Shown piece after piece: positions 16,939 through 20,000 of a DNA stretch of 20,000 nucleotides. The position numbers were made by a program, and so were the translations under genes. Location: positions 57,688 to 77,687 of the IMG/VR virus record IMGVR_UViG_2513237125_000007. The stretch is one strand, 5' to 3'. How positions within the stretch are numbered: position 1 is the first letter of the stretch; every line of letters starts with the position of its first letter. This DNA comes from an uncultured virus (IMG/VR IMGVR_UViG_2513237125_000007) (lineage: Duplodnaviria; Heunggongvirae; Uroviricota; Caudoviricetes). Below the pieces are notes generated by a model. The model was given only the letters and a program-made list of their open reading frames with translations, did no database searches and was not told where the DNA came from.

Positions 16939-16970
16939 ACAGGCTCCTTACCTAGGTGCAGCTGATGGCG

Positions 16971-16979
16971 AGTATAGCA
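16971..16979 (-). promoter_or_regulatory. Extended -10 promoter for the DUF1640 moron
   Basis: Minus strand TGCTATACT about 32 nt upstream of the GTG start. Confidence 0.55.
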
Positions 16980-17022
16980 GCGCGCCTCCCGCCCATCCTG
17001 AAATGCTGCACGGAGCTTCGGC

Positions 17023-18441
17023 ATGAACCTACGCCCCTACCAACACACCATGGTTGATTTCATCCTGACGCACCCACGCTGCAATCTGTTTGTGCCAATG
17101 GGCTTGGGGAAGACGGTAGCCACGCTGACGGCGTTAGATGTGCTTCTGGTGGTGGAAGACGTCGCACCTATGTTGGTCATTGCTCCGCTGCGCGTTGCGA
17201 CCACGACATGGCCGGATGAGGTGGCTAAGTTCCCCCATTTGCGCCATCTGCGGGTGTCCGTGGTCGTGGGGAGCGCAGCGGCACGTCGTCACGCCTTGGA
17301 GCAGGACGCGGATATCTATTGCATTAATTACGACAATCTAAAATGGCTGGCGGAGTTTTACGGGGACCGTTGGCCGTTCCGTACCGTGGTCGCTGATGAG
17401 TGCTCCAAGCTGAAAGGGTTCCGGCTGCGGCAAGGCACACGGCGCGCCCGCGCACTGGCCAAGCATGTGCATACCAAGGTGGAGCGCTACATTGGGTTGA
17501 CCGGCACGCCCGCGCCGAATGGGCTACAGGACCTGTGGGCGCTGATGTGGATGGTGGATCGTGGGGCACGGCTGGGGACGCATTTCAAAGCGTTTACCGA
17601 TCGCTGGTTCCGTGCGGTGCAGATCGGCAGTGATCCGCATGCGGTGCGCCTTGTGCCCGCGCCGAATGCATCGAAAGAGATTCAGGACACGATACGCGAC
17701 CTGTGTTTATCCCTTGATCCGCATGCGTATTTCGATTTGCGCCAGCCGATTGTCAATACGATTCGCGTTGTGTTGCCAGCACATGCGCAACGTCTGTACA
17801 AGGCCATGGAACAAGACATGTTCATCGCCTTGGAATGCGGTGCCGAAGTAGAAGCCTTTAACGCCGCCAGCAAGACAATTAAATGCCTGCAACTGGCCAA
17901 TGGTGCGATGTATACCGATGACACACGCCAGGCCTGGGAAGTCGTCCACGACGCAAAACTAGAGGCGCTGCACGAGATTATCGAAGAGGCCGCCGGGATG
18001 CCGGTGTTGGTGGCGTATCACTTTAAAAGTGATCTAGCACGGTTGCAGCGTGCTTTTCCTAAAGGGCGTGTCTTGGACCAACACCCCGACACGCTCCGCG
18101 ATTGGAACGCGGGGAACATTCCCGTGCTATTCGCCCATCCGGCCAGTGCCGGTCACGGCTTAAATCTGCAAGACGGCGGAAACATTTTGGCGTTCTTCGG
18201 GCACTGGTGGGACCTGGAGCAGTACCAACAAATCATCGAACGCATTGGCCCCACACGCCAGGCGCAAGCCGGACATGATCGCCCCGTCTTCATTCACCAC
18301 ATCGTGGCGGCGGGCACGGTGGATGAGCTAGTGATGGCCCGCCGTGAATCCAAACGCGAAGTACAGGACTTGCTGCTAGAGGCAGTGAAACGCAGAGACA
18401 CATGTAAGCCATTCACATCACAAGGAGCAATAACGTTATGA
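17023..18441 (+). CDS. SNF2-like phage helicase
   Basis: LRPYQ, MGLGKT, VADECS, LTGTP, SAGHGLNLQ and QIIERI motifs. GGAG SD present. Confidence 0.93.
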   Translation: MNLRPYQHTMVDFILTHPRCNLFVPMGLGKTVATLTALDVLLVVEDVAPMLVIAPLRVATTTWPDEVAKFPHLRHLRVSVVVGSAAARRHALEQDADIYCINYDNLKWLAEFYGDRWPFRTVVADECSKLKGFRLRQGTRRARALAKHVHTKVERYIGLTGTPAPNGLQDLWALMWMVDRGARLGTHFKAFTDRWFRAVQIGSDPHAVRLVPAPNASKEIQDTIRDLCLSLDPHAYFDLRQPIVNTIRVVLPAHAQRLYKAMEQDMFIALECGAEVEAFNAASKTIKCLQLANGAMYTDDTRQAWEVVHDAKLEALHEIIEEAAGMPVLVAYHFKSDLARLQRAFPKGRVLDQHPDTLRDWNAGNIPVLFAHPASAGHGLNLQDGGNILAFFGHWWDLEQYQQIIERIGPTRQAQAGHDRPVFIHHIVAAGTVDELVMARRESKREVQDLLLEAVKRRDTCKPFTSQGAITL

Positions 18442-18674
18442 ACAACCCATCAAATGAAAAGCATCACACCACCCCGCCACTCGAGTTATCCGATGAATGT
18501 GTGAGCAATTTTTCAGAACTTATTAAAGCGTTAGCTGCTTATACGGTCGCTGAAAAAGAGAAAGAAAAAGACGCGAAAGCGGAAAAACTCAAAGAGGGAA
18601 CCCACCGAGAGGCCGCATTAGGGAGGTTACAGGAGCGTGCTACAGGAGGGCACGGGGATGATGAGCACTGCTGA
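18438..18674 (+). CDS. Hypothetical protein
   Basis: AAGGAG SD, ATGA coupling, 78 aa. Confidence 0.55.
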   Translation: MNNPSNEKHHTTPPLELSDECVSNFSELIKALAAYTVAEKEKEKDAKAEKLKEGTHREAALGRLQERATGGHGDDEHC

Positions 18675-18984
18675 GAAACTTCCCGAGTTGTATACCGAAG
18701 AGGAAGCCGCACGCCGACTCCTCATCAGCAAAGCCACACTCACCCGAGAACGCATGGCTGGCCGGATACATCCCATTCGTATCAGCACCCGAATTTACAG
18801 GTACAGCAACCAAATCATTGAGGAATACATTCAACAATGCAGGAACGTCCAGGACAAATTGGGAAATACTGGCTCAGTCGGCGTGCCGACTCTAAAAACT
18901 GGTATCGAACATGGTGTGAGTCTGCTACTCGACGGACAAAGCGCGCATCTCTTGGCACAACGGATATTCAAGAAGCCAAAGTAA
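18658..18984 (+). CDS. Excisionase-like HTH protein
   Basis: LYTEEEAARRLLISKATLTRERMAGRIHPIRISTRIYRY is an Xis/AlpA-like winged HTH. GGAGG SD present, directly upstream of and overlapping int. Confidence 0.75.
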   Translation: MMSTAEKLPELYTEEEAARRLLISKATLTRERMAGRIHPIRISTRIYRYSNQIIEEYIQQCRNVQDKLGNTGSVGVPTLKTGIEHGVSLLLDGQSAHLLAQRIFKKPK

Positions 18985-20000
18985 GGTTATGGGAGTGGTA
19001 TGCCAAATATGGCGATATCAGCAAACAAATGCCCCAGGATGTCGTCCTGGACTTAGTATTAACCAGGTATTGGCAGCAACATGCCTGCAACATCACATCA
19101 GCGGAAAGCGCGAAAGTCGCATTGGGGTACTGGTCAGACTTTTTTGCGGGTGCGACAGTCTCAGAGATCACACCGTCACGGCAACGGGAGTTTGTTAGGT
19201 GGCTACAGACGGGAAGCGATACCCCCCGTAGCGACGGCTATATAAAAAGGATACTTACCGTAGGGAAAGCCGCATTGAATCGAGCATACAAGGAAGGGGA
19301 AATTACTTCGGTGCCATACATCATCCCAGGGAAAGATGCACCGCCCAGGGATCAGGTGCTATCGCTTCAGGAGTCAGCCGCATTATGGGAGGCCGCGACC
19401 CTCCCTCATGAACGTATGTACCTTGCGCTTGCTTATGGAACTCTGGCAAGGCCAGAGGCGATCCTCGGACTACGGCGTGAGTTCGCAGACATCCAACGAC
19501 GCCTATTGACGCAGAATCTACCAGGGCGCAAGCAGACGAAAAAGTTTCGGCCTGTCGTTCCCATCTGTGATTTTCTCCTTCCTTGGATACTGTCAGTAGA
19601 CAGCGGCCCGCTGGTGCACTGGCACGGCAAACCTATTGCAAGCTTCAAAACTGCATGGCGCGCATTACGGACACATGCAGGCTTACCCAAGGACACCGTT
19701 CCAAAGGTAATCCGGCACACGATGGCTACCGAGCTACGCTCGGCAGGCGTGGCTGCACAAGACATTCAAGGAATGCTGGGGCACCGTGCCTATGGTGGGA
19801 CTACGGATGTCTACGCCAAGTACCGGCCTGACTATATGGCCGATGCTGTTCGGGCTATTGATGCGTACATGGAGCGCTTGCGTGTTAGTTGCGTGTCAGT
19901 CAATAAACCACAGATTGTGCAACCTATTGATTCTATTGGTGGGCGGTACAGGGTTCGAACCTGTGACCCCTACCATGTCAAGGTAGTGCTCTACCACTGA
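18837..20000 (+). CDS. int: Tyrosine recombinase (phage integrase)
   Basis: LARPEAIL (R), QTKK (K), KVIRHT (R), MLGH, and TTDVYAKY (Y). GAGGA SD present. Confidence 0.9.
   Translation: MQERPGQIGKYWLSRRADSKNWYRTWCESATRRTKRASLGTTDIQEAKVRLWEWYAKYGDISKQMPQDVVLDLVLTRYWQQHACNITSAESAKVALGYWSDFFAGATVSEITPSRQREFVRWLQTGSDTPRSDGYIKRILTVGKAALNRAYKEGEITSVPYIIPGKDAPPRDQVLSLQESAALWEAATLPHERMYLALAYGTLARPEAILGLRREFADIQRRLLTQNLPGRKQTKKFRPVVPICDFLLPWILSVDSGPLVHWHGKPIASFKTAWRALRTHAGLPKDTVPKVIRHTMATELRSAGVAAQDIQGMLGHRAYGGTTDVYAKYRPDYMADAVRAIDAYMERLRVSCVSVNKPQIVQPIDSIGGRYRVRTCDPYHVKVVLYH
19878..19932. promoter_or_regulatory. att-arm elements: tandem arm-type-like repeats and IHF site
   Basis: TTGCGTGTTAG TTGCGTGTCAG (19878-19899). 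Minus strand AATCAATAGGTTG (19920-19932) matches WATCAANNNNTTR and lies next to the tRNA 3' end. Confidence 0.65.
19937..20000 (-). tRNA. tRNA-Val(GAC), 5' end beyond the window; probable integration site
   Basis: Minus strand TCAGTGGTAGAGCA CTACC-TTGACAT-GGTAG GGGTC ACAGG-TTCGAAC-CCTGT ACCGCCCACCA shows D-arm, GAC anticodon, T-loop and CCA end. Confidence 0.92.

Larger units (their letters stand above)
1..19936. mobile_element. Prophage (right boundary at tRNA-Val; continues beyond the left edge)
   Basis: Integrase/xis at a tRNA, cI/cro switch, replication module, late regulator and endolysin. Confidence 0.95.

Noticed and set aside
16571..17026. Plus-strand 151-aa ORF bridging VRR-NUC and the helicase
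   Set aside because: It is the antisense shadow of the DUF1640 gene, which has the family motif, SD and promoter. Its overlaps with both neighbours are noted, but it has no protein-like features.

Overview
This window is the early, regulatory and replication half of an integrated temperate prophage. Gene content and style suggest a Xylella/Xanthomonadaceae prophage with an APSE-like replication module (inference, not a search result). From left to right on the minus strand: the 5' part of a GH24 endolysin missed by the ORF track, a Mor/C-like activator, a repeat-structured AT-rich intergenic region (candidate origin), a P4-family primase/SF3 helicase, a Bro-N antirepressor preceded by a complete P1-c4/P4-CI-like antisense RNA switch, a mosaic zone of overlapping ORFs, small regulators and cro. 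On the plus strand: cI, a two-gene membrane-protein cassette at the lambda rexAB position (SLATT-like 2TM plus DUF1640-like coiled coil), a PL/OL-type promoter, early genes, DUF2800 nuclease, DUF2815 SSB, a double Bro-N protein, family A DNA polymerase, VRR-NUC, an antisense DUF1640 moron, SNF2 helicase, xis-like gene and a tyrosine integrase. The integrase reads through the att site into an antisense tRNA-Val(GAC) at the right edge. Several single-base frameshifts in the replication module indicate decay or sequencing error. The best novelty candidates are the rex-position cassette, the c4-like RNA switch with its adjacent hotspot, and the integrase C-terminus encoded by the tRNA antisense strand.
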